A DNA stretch of 64,000 nucleotides from the human T2T-CHM13v2.0 reference genome, Homo sapiens, in NCBI RefSeq assembly GCF_009914755.1, contig NC_060932.1, one strand, 5' to 3'. A program made the position numbers and the translations under genes. Below, piece by piece: positions 27,591 through 40,969 of this stretch. Numbering within the stretch: position 1 is the first letter of the stretch; every line of letters begins with the position of its first letter. The notes under the pieces were generated by a model. It was not told the DNA's origin, did no database searches, and saw only the letters and a program-made list of their open reading frames with translations.

Positions 27591-29711
27591 CAGATTTTTG
27601 AATCATGAAGGAAACATTTGCTGCAGGACCACTTACGTACCCTCTACTCTCTTTCAATTTCCCTACTTGCTACATTACCTCTATTTCATAGATGTAGAAA
27701 GTGAGGTTCACAGAGGTAAACATAGGTCTCCAAGCTAGCAAAGGACAGAGTTCAAGCTCATGCTCATTTGATTGTATCCTACTGGTCTGTGGCTGGACAC
27801 ACCATTTAGAAGTTCATCAACAAATAGGAAGCTCTACAGTCTAAAATTTCCCCAATATAACTCTTCCAATTAAACTAGAAGAGATCAGCAGATCAAGAAG
27901 CCAGGCTATTCAAACAGGTGGAAGTCTGGCTTTCTATATTTCTGCAGGTATAGAAATGTTCAATGTAAGGAAAACTATGGTCAGGTTGGTTTGGGGTTGA
28001 TATGATTCAGATAGAGATGGTAGTATCTTGACAGAGGCCAAATCGAATTCCATCCTGTAGAGGCAGGCAAAGCAGCACTGTACCAGGATACTGGCAAAAA
28101 CAGAGTCTTCGAGGTCACTCCTGAAGTATCAGCATGAGTAGAAAGTGGCAGAGAAAGTGTCCTGTGGCTTGTAACACCAGACAATCTGATCAACCACAGT
28201 GATGATGATTCAGAAACAGTACAAGAAAGCTCTGTGGCTGAGACACCATTGGGAGGGTCTTTTAGGTGAGAGCTCCAAACTTAGACAAAGTGTGCAAAGT
28301 GCATTGAAAATAAATCCTAAATCTAGGAGGGTCCATTCTTCTTTTTGGCATGCCTCTTAAAATTTTACTCCAAATTTCTTACTGGAAACTTGGAAGCAAT
28401 GTTCACTTCTTTAAGTATGCTTGGGTGCACTTCCACTAACCGAGTTTCCACTTTACCCTGAACTTTATGCCACGCATATACTGGTCAGCTCTGGGGTGTA
28501 GACAGCCCAGCAATAGAACAAACATGTGAAACCACTTTCGGATGCCCCAGCCCATCTCTCCAAAAAAGAGAACCCAGAGGTCTTACCTAGCAGGAAGTAT
28601 CCTGGGGAGGCTGTCAGCCCCAGAGACAGGCATCCACCTGGGGAGTCACCTGCTGGAATATCCCCCACCACCTTCAAATTTGCAAACTCCACCTTTCAAG
28701 AGAATTTCTAGTAAGTACTCCCTAAAACAGGGTACATAGAGAGAAATAGCTTAGAAACCTAATAACTAAGCACAGAAAGTAGTTTAAAATGCAGGAAAAG
28801 GATTCAGAGACACAGAGAAGGAGCACCAGGTACCAAAACATACACATTTAAGCAAAAAGAGGAAAACCTTTCCCTTGAGAGGAAATGCAGCTGCAGCAAC
28901 AGCAGCAGCTACCACCCTCCAGAGAGCAAAGCTGAGTCCATCCTCAGAAGGATCTGGAGAAAGCAGAGGAGGTGGGAAGGGGCTGGGAGAAGAGAGCCAC
29001 TGAGCCCTGCAGAAGGCTGGTGGCTGGTCCTGAAACCGCTCAGGGGCAGGGGTGGGCCTCTGTGGGGAGGAGGAAGATGAGCAGGTCTCTGAGAAAGAAA
29101 CAGGGCAGGAAAGGGAGGGAGTGCATTATCGGGGGAGTTGGGTGACCCAAAGAAGCTGGGGAGAGGGGTAACAGCTCCCTGTCAAGTGGTAGTTTGGGTC
29201 CTTTTATAGCATGGGGTGAAATGACCTTTTCCCTTTCAGGCCACTGGAAAGTTTGAGGCCAGCATGAGGTGGTTAGGAAACAAGGGGGTAGCAGGTATCT
29301 ATTCTTTACCTGGGCCTCAGAACCCCAATCCCAGCCCCTCTGCAGCCTCTGTTTGTCACAGCAGAGTGAAGAGAGGCTGCCCTGACCCACGTACAGGGCA
29401 CTGGCTATCTGCCAGGGGTTCTTCCTATAGGTAGCCTGGGGCAGGGGAGGGTAGATGCCACACCTTTAGTTTTGGATAAGGACATTAAGGGTCAGAGAGA
29501 GCCATGACAGCACCTCCTGAGCCACACAGCAGTGCAGGGACTTCCTTCAATAGGACACACACGGATGGCCTCAGGGAACTTTTGTCCTCAACCCTCAGTC
29601 CTTAAAAGGAGCTTCTAGAAGTATTTTAAATTAGATGAGGAAATGGCTTAATTGAAATGACCCTCCCAGCCCATGCCACTTGCAATCCGGCTCCTAAAAT
29701 TATAAGTGGTT

Positions 29712-29747
29712 TTTTGTTTGTTTGTTTGTTTGTTTGTTTGTTTGTTT
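29712..29747. repeat. (TTTG)n microsatellite
   Basis: About 8 tandem TTTG units. Confidence 0.95.
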
Positions 29748-31341
29748 TCTTTGACTGCTTCCTGCATGTTAACAGATTCACAAATAGACGTTGTGGGCTC
29801 CTGTTGTGAACACAGAATTCTCCGCCATCTGGCCTCTGCTGCTTCTCTCCTGCCTTTCTTCCAGCCACTTCATTGACGACTCATCCCACAAGGGTTTGCA
29901 GAGCTCCTGACTCATGCCAGGCTCAGTGCCAGGTCCTGCCTGTACAGTGTGCTGGAAAGACAGGCACTGGCACATGGCATTGTGATGCAGACAGACGAGC
30001 GCCCAACTTATCAGAGTCACCTGTGGGGGTACATGAGGGAGGGTGTGATTACACATGCTTGGTCCTTATTCAGGGACTGCACAGGTCATTGTTGTGCAGC
30101 TGTGTCAAGGGCTGAGTCAGGTGCTGGGGTGCCCTGGGCAGGAGGCCGGCATCAGGATGGGGAGATGGGCTGGAAAACAAGGCAGCAAAGAAGTCCCACC
30201 CGTCTACTAACTCCAAGCTGTAGGATGTGTGTTGTGTATAAAGAAGAATGAGTTGAGACAGAGAATAACCCAGAAAGGGGTGGAGTGGGGAATTGAAATT
30301 CAAGGCCCAAGAAAGGCCTCTCTGAGGAGACACTAAACTAATGAAGTGGTGGGAAGCCCCCACTGCAAAGGAGGAGTCAGGGCTTGGAGGATGACTGGGA
30401 GTGGACAGAGGGCTGGGGCCTTTGGAGCAGAGAGCAGGACCTGAGCGCTGAGCTGAGGACACCTCGTGGCCTGAGGTTGTCAGGGCTATGGCTGGGGATG
30501 AAGCTAGAGTGGGGAACAGGGCACAGATGTGGAGGCTGGCAAGGCCTGCAGAGGGTGTGGGCATGGTCTGGGCCCTGTCTGAGCAGCATCTATGACAGGG
30601 TGCCCGGGAGACCTCTCCTCTCTGCAGGCCTTGTGCCCTGAGGCCAGGGCAGGTGCAGCAGGAGGGCACAGGAGGGCAGCTTCTATCCCAAAGGCTCCTG
30701 CAGGCTTGATGCCCTCAGGTCTCTCCCCTTCTCCAGGTCCCAACCCCTCAGTCCTGGCTGTGCATCTCCAGGCCCCATTGAGGACAGAGCTCAAGTCCCC
30801 TCAACAGTCTACAAGCCACTGCACCTCACTGTTCCCATGGAGACAGAGATACCAAGGTCCAGAGCCAAACCAAGCCTCTCCTTCTCCCCATTGCACCAGT
30901 GAATAACTGGACGCCTGCCAAAGAGAAATGCTCCTTGAAGGCCTGGGGGATATTCACCGTCTGTGTGCTCTCTACTCACTCCTCTCTTTGCAAAATCAAA
31001 TTTCCATGCAAAAATGGAGCCACGGGTTCTGAAAATGTCCTGACATTCTGGGAGACATTTACTTTGTTCATCTCAGTCTCTTCCCTGATGAGAGCTGGTA
31101 AGACAGGAGGCAGAGACAGGCGGCCTCTGGGGAGACACTGCCTGGAAGCGTGCACCTCGCTGGCACCAGCAGGGTCTGTCTGTGCCTGTGAACCAACGCA
31201 GAGGAGCACAGCCACATGCCCCTCCTTACCAGGGCATACAACTCTCACGTCCTCCTTCCAGGCTGATCCCAGTTGAAAAATCATTTGCCGGTGTGTGTGT
31301 GCACACATGTACACATAAACACTTAAAAACTATATGTTTCT

Positions 31342-31692
31342 TGAGTTCATGTCCTTTGCAGGGACATGGATAAGGCTGGAAGCCATTATCCTCAGCAAAC
31401 TAACACAGGAACAGAAAACCAAACACTGCGTGTTCTTACTCATAAGTGGGAGTTGAACAATGAGAACGCATGGACACAGGGAGGGGTACGTCACACACCA
31501 GGGCCTGTTGGGGGGTGGAGGGTGAGGGGAGGGAGAGCATTAGGACAAATACCTAATGCGTGCAGGGCTTAAAACCTAGATGATGAGTTGATAGATGCGG
31601 CAAACCACCATGGCACACGTGTACCTATGTAACATACCTGCACATTCTGCACATGTATCCCAGAACTTAAAAATTAAAGCAAAATAAAAAAA
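31342..31692 (+). mobile_element. 5'-truncated L1PA (about PA8-PA10) 3' end
   Basis: tgagttcatgtcctttgcagggacatgga...gggcttaaaacctagatga...catgtatcccagaacttaaaa plus an A-rich tail. Confidence 0.9.
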
Positions 31693-32140
31693 TAACCTAT
31701 ATATTCTTAAAGCAAAAGGAGATGCCGACAAATGTACATTTTTTCTGTTTCTCCCAGATGCCAAGGTAAATCTTCAAAAAATTATTGTAAAATAATAGTA
31801 ATAGCAAGAAAAAATAGTATTAATAAAAACACTTGATTACTGGAAACAAGCAGAAGGAAAGCCATGTATGGGCTGTGGTCAGTCACAAGTCAGTGTATGT
31901 CTGTGTGGATGTGTGCCTCTGTGGGATTTATCAGGGGTAGGGGTATGAGGTGGGCCAAGCTTTTTGTTTATCCTTGCTGCTGCTGTTTGACTGTTTGACT
32001 TCTGGTTAATTTTGTTTGGCTTCCCTTCCAGCAAGAGTCAAAGCTCTGTGGAATGAGCGCCACCATATCTTCCTTTACAAGAGACAATGAGAGACTCAGA
32101 AAAGCGCGAGTATCTGAGTCAGGCTGACTTGGGCTTGGAA

Positions 32141-32743
32141 AGGTGCAGAAAACCCAAGGAACAGAAATTTTCAGAACGAAATTTTCTTGCAAACATAAAG
32201 CCATGGGTTCTGAAATGTCTTCAAGTCAGAGATTGAGTTCACTAACTTCGGGACATTTTTAGAATCTATGGCTCTATTGTTTACAGGGAAATGTGGTCAA
32301 ATTGGTCAATTGATGGCCCTGCTGAGCCACTGATACTTCCTAGACCCCTGAGCCTCATTTCTTCCTCTGTAAAATGGGTATTGCAGCAAAACTGCTCTTC
32401 AAGGTTGCTGGGAAGACAGGATGAAGTATATTGGTCACCTGGCCTCAATCAAAGTGATTCATCCAACCCCTGCTCCTCTTGTAGCTCCCACTGGAATAAC
32501 TCTGTTCATCACAGCAGCCTTATTGTCTGGTTTGGGTCTTACCAGCCAGGTGAGAGCTTCTAGTCACTGTCTCCCCAGAGGCTTCCTGTCTCTGCCTCCT
32601 GTCTTATCAGCTCCCATCGAGAGAGACTGAAATGGACTAAGTAAAGGTCTCCTAGAGCTTCAGGATGCTTTCAGAACCCATGGCTCCATTTCTGCAGGGA
32701 AATTTCATTCTAGAAATTGTTGTTCCTTGGGTTTCACTCACCT
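32141..32743. repeat. Imperfect inverted repeat (arms about 32141-32227 and 32656-32743)
   Basis: Manual alignment of 32141-32215 with the reverse complement of 32669-32743 gives 60/75 identical positions, ungapped. Confidence 0.9.
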
Positions 32744-32901
32744 ATAAGTTGCCAGTGAAGAATATCTGCTTGGGGAGCCTGGTCAGATGATGACTTTTTA
32801 AACATAAACATTGTACTAATGTACCCATCAAAGAGCCTAAAACACTATGGGGCAAGATTAAATCAGTCTTTGTAAAATCCATTCATTCAACAAATAATAA
32901 G

Positions 32902-33235
32902 TGTCTTAAATACCACCAACTGGGTGGCCTCTAAAGAACAAATGCATTGCCTCACTTCTGGAGGCTGGGAAAGTCCAAGGTCAAGGTGCCAGCAGATTTG
33001 GTTTCTGTGCAGGGCCTGCTCTCTGGCTCAAAGATGCCTTCTTGCTGCATCCTCATGTGGTGGAAGGGGCTAGCTAGCTCTCTGGGACCTCTTTTATAGG
33101 TCCTAATCCCATTCAGGAGAACAGAGCCTTCATGACCGAATCAGCTTCCAAAGTCCCACCTTCTAATACCAATACATTGGGGATTAGGTTTCAACATAGG
33201 AATTCTTGGGGGACACGAGCATTCAGGCCACAGCA
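32902..33235 (-). mobile_element. MLT1A solo LTR inserted in an L2 3' end
   Basis: tctggaggctggga...ccaaggtcaaggtgccagcagatttgg...cattcaggccacagca. Perfect 5-bp TSD ataag (32897-32901 and 33236-33240). L2 flanks attcattcaacaaat | tactgaacagctaccatgtgcc. Confidence 0.88.
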
Positions 33236-33723
33236 ATAAGTACTGAACAGCTACCATGTGCCTGCACTATTCCAGGTGCAAGGAATAGAATTGTGAACCA
33301 GATGAAAAGGGACCCAGCTTTCAAGGTGTTCATATTCAAATGTGGAAATCTGGGTGGACAGACAATAAGCAAGGAAGCAGAGATGTGAACAAGATTAATT
33401 TCAGCTGGTGTTGAGAGCTGCAGTGTGACAGAAGGTAGAGAGGGGCATGGGGCAGCCTGAGACTGGAGGGTCCACCTGGCCTCTTGAAAGTCACAAACTA
33501 CCATCTGGGGATGGGGGAGATAGCATTGTCGAGTGAACCCCAGTGTGGGTCTGGATTCAGGGTGGGGAGGGTAAGAAGAGCAGAGACCCAAATAATGAAT
33601 GTTACCAGGCCATACCCCATGAGGATGGAGTGACCCAAACCAGAAAAGAGACTACCATGATCCAGGCATTCTGCAGAGGGAGGTCCCTGTAGGGGAACTC
33701 TGCCCTGTTGGGAACATTTGGTA

Positions 33724-34210
33724 TGTTAGAAAGAATAAAGTCCCTCCCAAAAATATCCATGCCCTAATTCCCAGAACCTGTACATACAGGTACCCTCAAA
33801 GGGTCACTGGGACTGTGGAGAAGTGATTAAGGATCTTGCGGTTGGGGAGATTATCCTGGATTATCTGGGTGGCCCAGTGTAATCACAGGCAACTTCATAA
33901 AGAGGAGGCAGAAGGGTGGAAGTCAGAGAAGGAGACGTGAGAATAGAAGCAGCAGCCAGAGAGAGGCAGAAGATGCTAAGGCTGACGGTGAAGCTAAAGG
34001 AAGGGACCACAGGTACCTTCCAGAAGATAGAAAAATGAAATTGCCACTCACCTCACACCTCTGGAAAGAATGCAGCCCTGCCAACACCTTGATTTCAGTC
34101 CAGTGACACCTGTTTAGGACTTCTGACCTCCAGAGCTGAAAAATACTACATATGTATTGGCTTAAGTCACTGAGTCTGTGATTTGTTACAGCATCAATAG
34201 AAAACAGACA
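33724..34210 (+). mobile_element. MLT1D solo LTR
   Basis: gagattatcctggattatctgggtggccc...aatgcagccctgccaacaccttgattt...ggacttctgacctccagag. Confidence 0.85.
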
Positions 34211-34499
34211 TTTGGTAACTGTCCCTGTTGAGACAGCATTCAGATGCCCATGATGAGGAGAGAACAGAGGGCCCTCGGTGCCAACAAGAAGGAGCAGGGA
34301 CAAGCAGCAGAGAAAAGATGCCTTTGTCAAGGGTGACCATGCAAGAAGTCACCTGACTTTCCCCCTCCCTCTTTCCTGCCCCACTCCTGCAGTCCACATG
34401 GATTCACACAGGGAAGAAGGACACAAGAGGTGTTCGTGGGGTCGGTGGTGGAGGGTTGGGGGGCATGTTCTTCCTTCCCAAGCCAAATTGCTGGAGACC

Positions 34500-35016
34500 T
34501 GTGGGAGTTCAGTCAGGCTGATGGGAAAAATTTTAAGGTGAAGTTATAGGATATAGACACAAATCTTCTTGGAAGGCCAGAAGGTTTCTGCAGAAGTCTC
34601 AGGATAGGGTTATGGCTGAAAGTAGCCTAATCCTTACCTTGAGTAAATAACTTAGAGTAGATACATAGGAATGTAGAGGAGTTTATCTAAATAAATTGTT
34701 TACTCTGGTGGTCCTAAAACTAACCTTTGATCATTCACGGGCAGGATGGCTCTCTCGCTGTTGGGGTTGGGGGGCGACCAGGTTGAAGGCTGATTACCCT
34801 CTAATGGTGTTGACTCAAAGTCTTTGTCATTTAATGTGTGCTGAATAAATGCCAGCAGGGCCAGCTAGTCAGGGCAGCAGCTGCAACTCTTTACAGTACT
34901 CTCCTTGGAGTCTGTAAGTGGCCTGGACCCTCAGCTGGACTGACAAGCATAGTATCTGTGTCAGTGTATGTTATTCATCCGCTGTTGGGTCAGGGTCTGT
35001 GGGACAGACCCCAGCA
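34500..35016 (+). mobile_element. LTR22 solo LTR of HERV-K(HML-5)
   Basis: TG...CA termini (tgtgggagttcagtcagg...gggacagaccccagca), AATAAA at about 34844, and a 6-bp TSD gagacc/gagaac. Confidence 0.85.
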
Positions 35017-38000
35017 GAGAACCACACTCTCCTACTCTGGGGGTAAAGGAAAGGAGGAGGACTCTGCATCTAATAAGAAATCTAAGTTTTGAAATGCCAT
35101 GGACTGGTTGTCTACTGGAGAAACACTCAGGTGAAAGGACACAATGTCTAGGATTGGCCTCTCAGTACAGCCCCACACCTGCCCCCCACAAAAAAAAATC
35201 AGGGGGACGATGGGACAAAATGAGTAATGATAATCACTGAAGCTTGGTATTGGGAACACTGTCCTATTAGCTCTGCTTTTGTTCATGTTTGGAAATTTCC
35301 ATAGTAAAAGGGTATACATATTTCTAGAGTTAGGAACCAGAAATTCCATGAGTTTGTCAATTCATGTGGGACCTGCAAAAATGAGAAATGGAGATGTAGT
35401 AATAGAAAGAAAATAGAATTGTTGATTTTTAAAAGAACAGAACAGGCTTAAAATCAGGAAGTGATTGGTCAAATTGGCTTGAAATGCTTATAACAGAGCC
35501 TGTTACTGGGGGAAGGAGCTGCAACCCCAGAGATCAACATAAATTGTTTACTAGGGCCCCACATCCAAAATAAATTATGACTCACCTCTTCTTTGGATTC
35601 TTGTCATCTTGTCAGTGAAAAAGAAAAAATATACGTGAAATGATTACAAACATAAAGAACATATGTGCAATTTCCCCATGAGTTTATTTTCATGTTTTAA
35701 AAAACAAAGACAACATTTGGTTCAAACAGTGGGGTGTGGGGCTGCAGACTATCTGGAATCACCAAAGGTGCTAAGACACAAGGGATAAAAAAATGTGATT
35801 AGATTCACTTCTAAGCCATAATACAAATTCCAGGCATTAGAAATTTCTAAAGTTATTTTCACTCACTAGCATATCTACAAGTGATATGTATTCATTGCAG
35901 AAAAATTACAAAATTCAGACAGAAAAGAAACAATTATCCCACCCGGACCCCATCACCAAAAAGTAAATCATAATTTTGACTTATAGTATACCCTTGTAGA
36001 CCATTTCCATATATTAAATTAATATTCAAATGGCATAGACAACCCTTGTCTTTACTGCGGCACCCAGCCTCTCTATACAGTGGGCTCTGCTTTTCATCAA
36101 GCTTGCTGGATAGAGGTTGTAAAATCTAGGTCTTGCCAGGGTTTGGCCGAGCCTCACTTTTTAGCTATTCCCAACTTCATAGGAAAAGGTTTCTATGACA
36201 AACCTAATACGTTAACAGGTTTCTCAGAGAAGGGGGAACAGGAAGGAAAGTATCTCGCCGTGGTTGAAGCAGAAGCCAGAGGTTCCATGTTTGGGCCCCA
36301 GTGGTTCTAACTGGGCACTAAGTCAGCTTCCAAGGGTGAGAACGCCAGCCTAATAGACACTTCTCAGAGAACTAAGCTTGGCCACTCTTGAGGTGACCTT
36401 GCAAATACTTTAGTTTCTTTCATTTTGCAAATGAGGAACCCGGGACGCAGAGAAGGGAAGAGAGAGGCCCAAGAGCAGGCGACAGATCAGAGGGGCACGG
36501 ACTGCAGAAGAGAGACCTTGGCACCGCTTGATGCCACCTTCATGGAGCCCCACGCTGCCGCCCTGCACCTCTGCAAGCAGGCGCACAGGCCTGGGGGAGA
36601 ACAGGGACTCTGGATGTGGGCCTCCGCATGGGGTCCCCCAAGCCACAGCTTGTCTTCCCCAAGGTCTCCTTGCCTGGCTCCTCCATCCCCCCAACCACTG
36701 CCCTCACTGTCTCCACCCAGCTCAGTCCTTCCCTCTAACAAGAGCACATGCCCAGAACACCCCTGCACCACCACCTTCACCCTCTTCAGGACGTTTGACC
36801 ATTCGGAGAAGCTCTGATATCACAGATGCATTGACCCCCGCCTTTGTAGGAAACACACCATCTCATCTTTGACTTTTCTTGCTGCATCCACTCTTGACAG
36901 GTGCCCCAGCCCAACCTCACTCCGTTCCTGATTCTTGGTCTATCCCCTACCCCCACCTGGGCTTTAACACTGGAAGTGGGGCTGGGACAGAATGTCTACT
37001 GCACACAAGACTTAAAGGTAAAAAGGGAAAACTGAACCACAAACCTTGTTTATTTGGGATGGCATCAACACAGCCCTGTTGCTGAGGCAAAAAGGCCACA
37101 TCTGAACACCCCGTCAACCTTCCCCCTGCCCACCACTGTCCTTTGTGTCTGTGAGGCTGTGAGTTATGGAAGACTGGGGCCTTTCCTTCTTCCAGGTCAA
37201 ATTTCCAGCCTCTTTGCAGGGCCTTGCACAAACACCATCCTCCATAAAACAGCACCACCACCCTATTTGCTCTTTAGCCCCCAGCCTGCTTTGTTTTATT
37301 CTTTAGCCTTTATTGGCAATTATGATGCAATCTATTTGTGCACTTATTACTTTAATATCTGTCCCCTCACATGGCAGGTGGCTCTTTTCCTCATTACTGT
37401 ATTCTCAGTACCTGCAAAGTAGTTGGGCACAGGGTAGACCTGTCTATAAATAACTACTCTATAAATGGACAACTGAATGAATGAGTGATTGAACTTAATC
37501 AATGGTGTATTCAGTTGACAGCCTGTAGTATCTTGCTGTCCTTAATCATCTATGACTATAGCATAGCCCAATAAACTCATGAACCATATAGAAGAGGGAA
37601 GGCATACATCTCCCAGAACACCTAGCAAAACTGCAAGGTACATAGCAGGTGCTTCATAAGAACTTGAAAGTTATTACTTTTAGCTAACTTACAGAATGCA
37701 TTAGGATGCATGGGTTGTTTCTTAGACATCAGATAAAATCATCCTTCCCCCTTGTTTTATAGAAAGGAAAATCAAGAAATAAGCTGAATGAATCTCCCTA
37801 ATATAGCAAGAAGTGAAACGGAAACCACAATGTACAAATGAACTGTATCCAAATTGACAAATTCTATCAAATTATGAATTATTTGAATTATGAATACCAC
37901 ACAAAGTAAGCATAAATTGCTTTCATATAAACTTGCCGAATTTACAAATTCCAGCCAATCTGTATCTGAATCACTCTATAACTAAGCCTTGTCTGGAAAC

Positions 38001-38829
38001 CACCTGTACACTTCCCCGTTCTGAGATGGTTCAGACGTTTTGTTCCCATGGTACTCACACTAAGCCTGGCTTAGATGGCTATCAATTCCCCTGGTGGTCT
38101 TGACAGCCCCTGGGGGCTTCAACAAAGGTAATTACCTTTTAAAACAATGGATCTTATACAGAGGATTTTGTTTAAGCCTCAGAGCCTCGAAAGCCCATGA
38201 TTTCAGTGTGTTTTCCTTGATAATACCAACTTCCTCTCTGCTACATTTTCTTTTCATTTCAAGAGTAGAGAAAATTGCACATAAAGATGAGATTTTTGGT
38301 TCAAATCCATTTGTTTCTTTCCAGAAAATTGCAGTCTTCTCTTTTAAGAAAATACATCTATGTCTAGCAAAACATAAGGTCGGATTTGCAATGCCTCTTT
38401 GTGCCTGAAATCCGGACTCTTCCAGTTTGGAGCAAATAATCAGTTATCTGGTGTTCTTGATCTCGTGCATGTCCAGCCTTCACCTGCCCAGGGCCTTGCT
38501 CCATGCCTGGGTCAGAGGCAGCAGCTCACAGGGGGTCAGCCATGGGGAAGGCGTCCTTCACAGGCTCTGGAGCAGCCTCCACCAATCTTCATGTTAGGGC
38601 CCACATAAAGGTAGATGCAGCAGAGACTTCAGATAATGTCTGGGAAAAAGAAGCTATGACCACATCCTGAATAAAATGCTTTTCTCCAGGGACCTGACAA
38701 GATAGCCTTAATGGGATAAAGGGCAGCCATGCCTCAATTTCCTCCAGAGGTGGGGCATGAGAAGAGTTTGGAATGGATGATCGTGATCAAGTCATGGAAA
38801 TCCCTCACCCGTACTCGATCCCAGGCCAT

Positions 38830-39668
<839 letters not shown>

Positions 39669-39888
39669 TAAAAAGCTTGTGGGACAGAAAGCTGAAAACT
39701 GAAATTCAAGCAGTTCAGAGTTCCCTTCTGCCTTGAAGAAGAAAAAATAGTGTCTCTTTCTATTTCCCATTCAATTTAACTGAACCAAAAGGGACTGCCA
39801 CTAACTCGCACTTCTCAAAGCCACCTGGACACACTTAGGGTCGGTTTCTTTGCACACGTGCAGCCCAGATGTTTAAGAGGATAGAAGG

Positions 39889-40187
39889 GGCCGGGCGCAG
39901 TGGCTCATGCCTGTGATCCCAGCACTTTGGGAGGCTGAGGCAGGCAGATCATGAGGTCAGGAGATTGAGACCACCCTGGCTAACATGCTGAAACCCTGTC
40001 TCTACTAAAAATACAAAAAAATAGCCAGGCTGGTGGCAGACACCTGTAGTCCCAGCTACTCAGGAGGCTGAGGCAGGAGAATGGCGTGAACCCAGGACGT
40101 GGAGGTTGCAGTGAGCAGAGATTGTACCACTGCACTCCAGCCTGGGCGACAGAGTGAGACTCCGTCTTAAAAAAAGAAAAAAAAAAA
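39889..40187 (+). mobile_element. AluY-like
   Basis: Full dimer with gagaatggcgtgaaccc. TSD aagaggatagaagg. Confidence 0.9.
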
Positions 40188-40969
40188 AAGAGGATAGAAG
40201 GATACATCAAGATGAATAAAAGACTCTCAGATCTTGAGCCCCCTGCCCACTCCTGCCCTTGGCTGTGTTCCCTCCTTCTGGGATTTCTGGCATCCCTATG
40301 AGTAACCTACACACATCACGGATCAGCTGCCCTTCTCACAACCAACTGGCAGCCTCAGGCCTCCACAGCACCCGGACCTGATGCCGTGATGATGAGGCTT
40401 CTGTGGCCTCTCTGTCATGCGGTTCCTGCTATCCAGGCTGCCATGATGCCCTGGCCTTGCTGTTCCCTGAGTGAGAGATTCATCCCCACTGCCCAAGGAC
40501 ATCGTCCCCATGATCCTCATGGGCCTGTCTCTTTAGAAGTGAGAAGGAGAAAGTCTGTGCAGAAGACAGGAGGAGCAGGGGGCCGCCCTCTGCACTCTGG
40601 CTCCCTTTCCAGTCCCACCTTTGCCACTTGGGTCACGCTGCACATCTGACCTCTCTCCTACCCTTTTTTGAGCCTCAAGGCTCAGAGGGATACAGCGTGA
40701 CTTGCTCTCATCACCTCGTTCTTCTTGTCCCTGGTATGCTTACTGTGAGCCTTCTGTGAGCTGAACGATTTACATTCATTAATCGTATTTTATCCTCATG
40801 ACAACCCCTCAGCATGAATATTCCTATTTTAAGAGAAGGAAACTGAGTTTCAGAGGCTATCTGGTCCACAGTCTCACAGCTAATAAGTGGCTGAGCCATT
40901 TCATGGTTTTGAAATTAATCAAGAAACACAGAATGTCAAATGTAAACATGAAAACTTCTCATTTTTTTT

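Noticed and set aside
30070-31314. Dense cluster of ORFs (up to 199 aa)
   Set aside because: Stop-codon scarcity in GC-rich DNA explains them. CpG is depleted, so this is not a CpG island.
36410-36872. Overlapping ORFs and mild CpG enrichment
   Set aside because: Too short and too low in CpG for an island, and the peptides are low-complexity P/S/G-rich.
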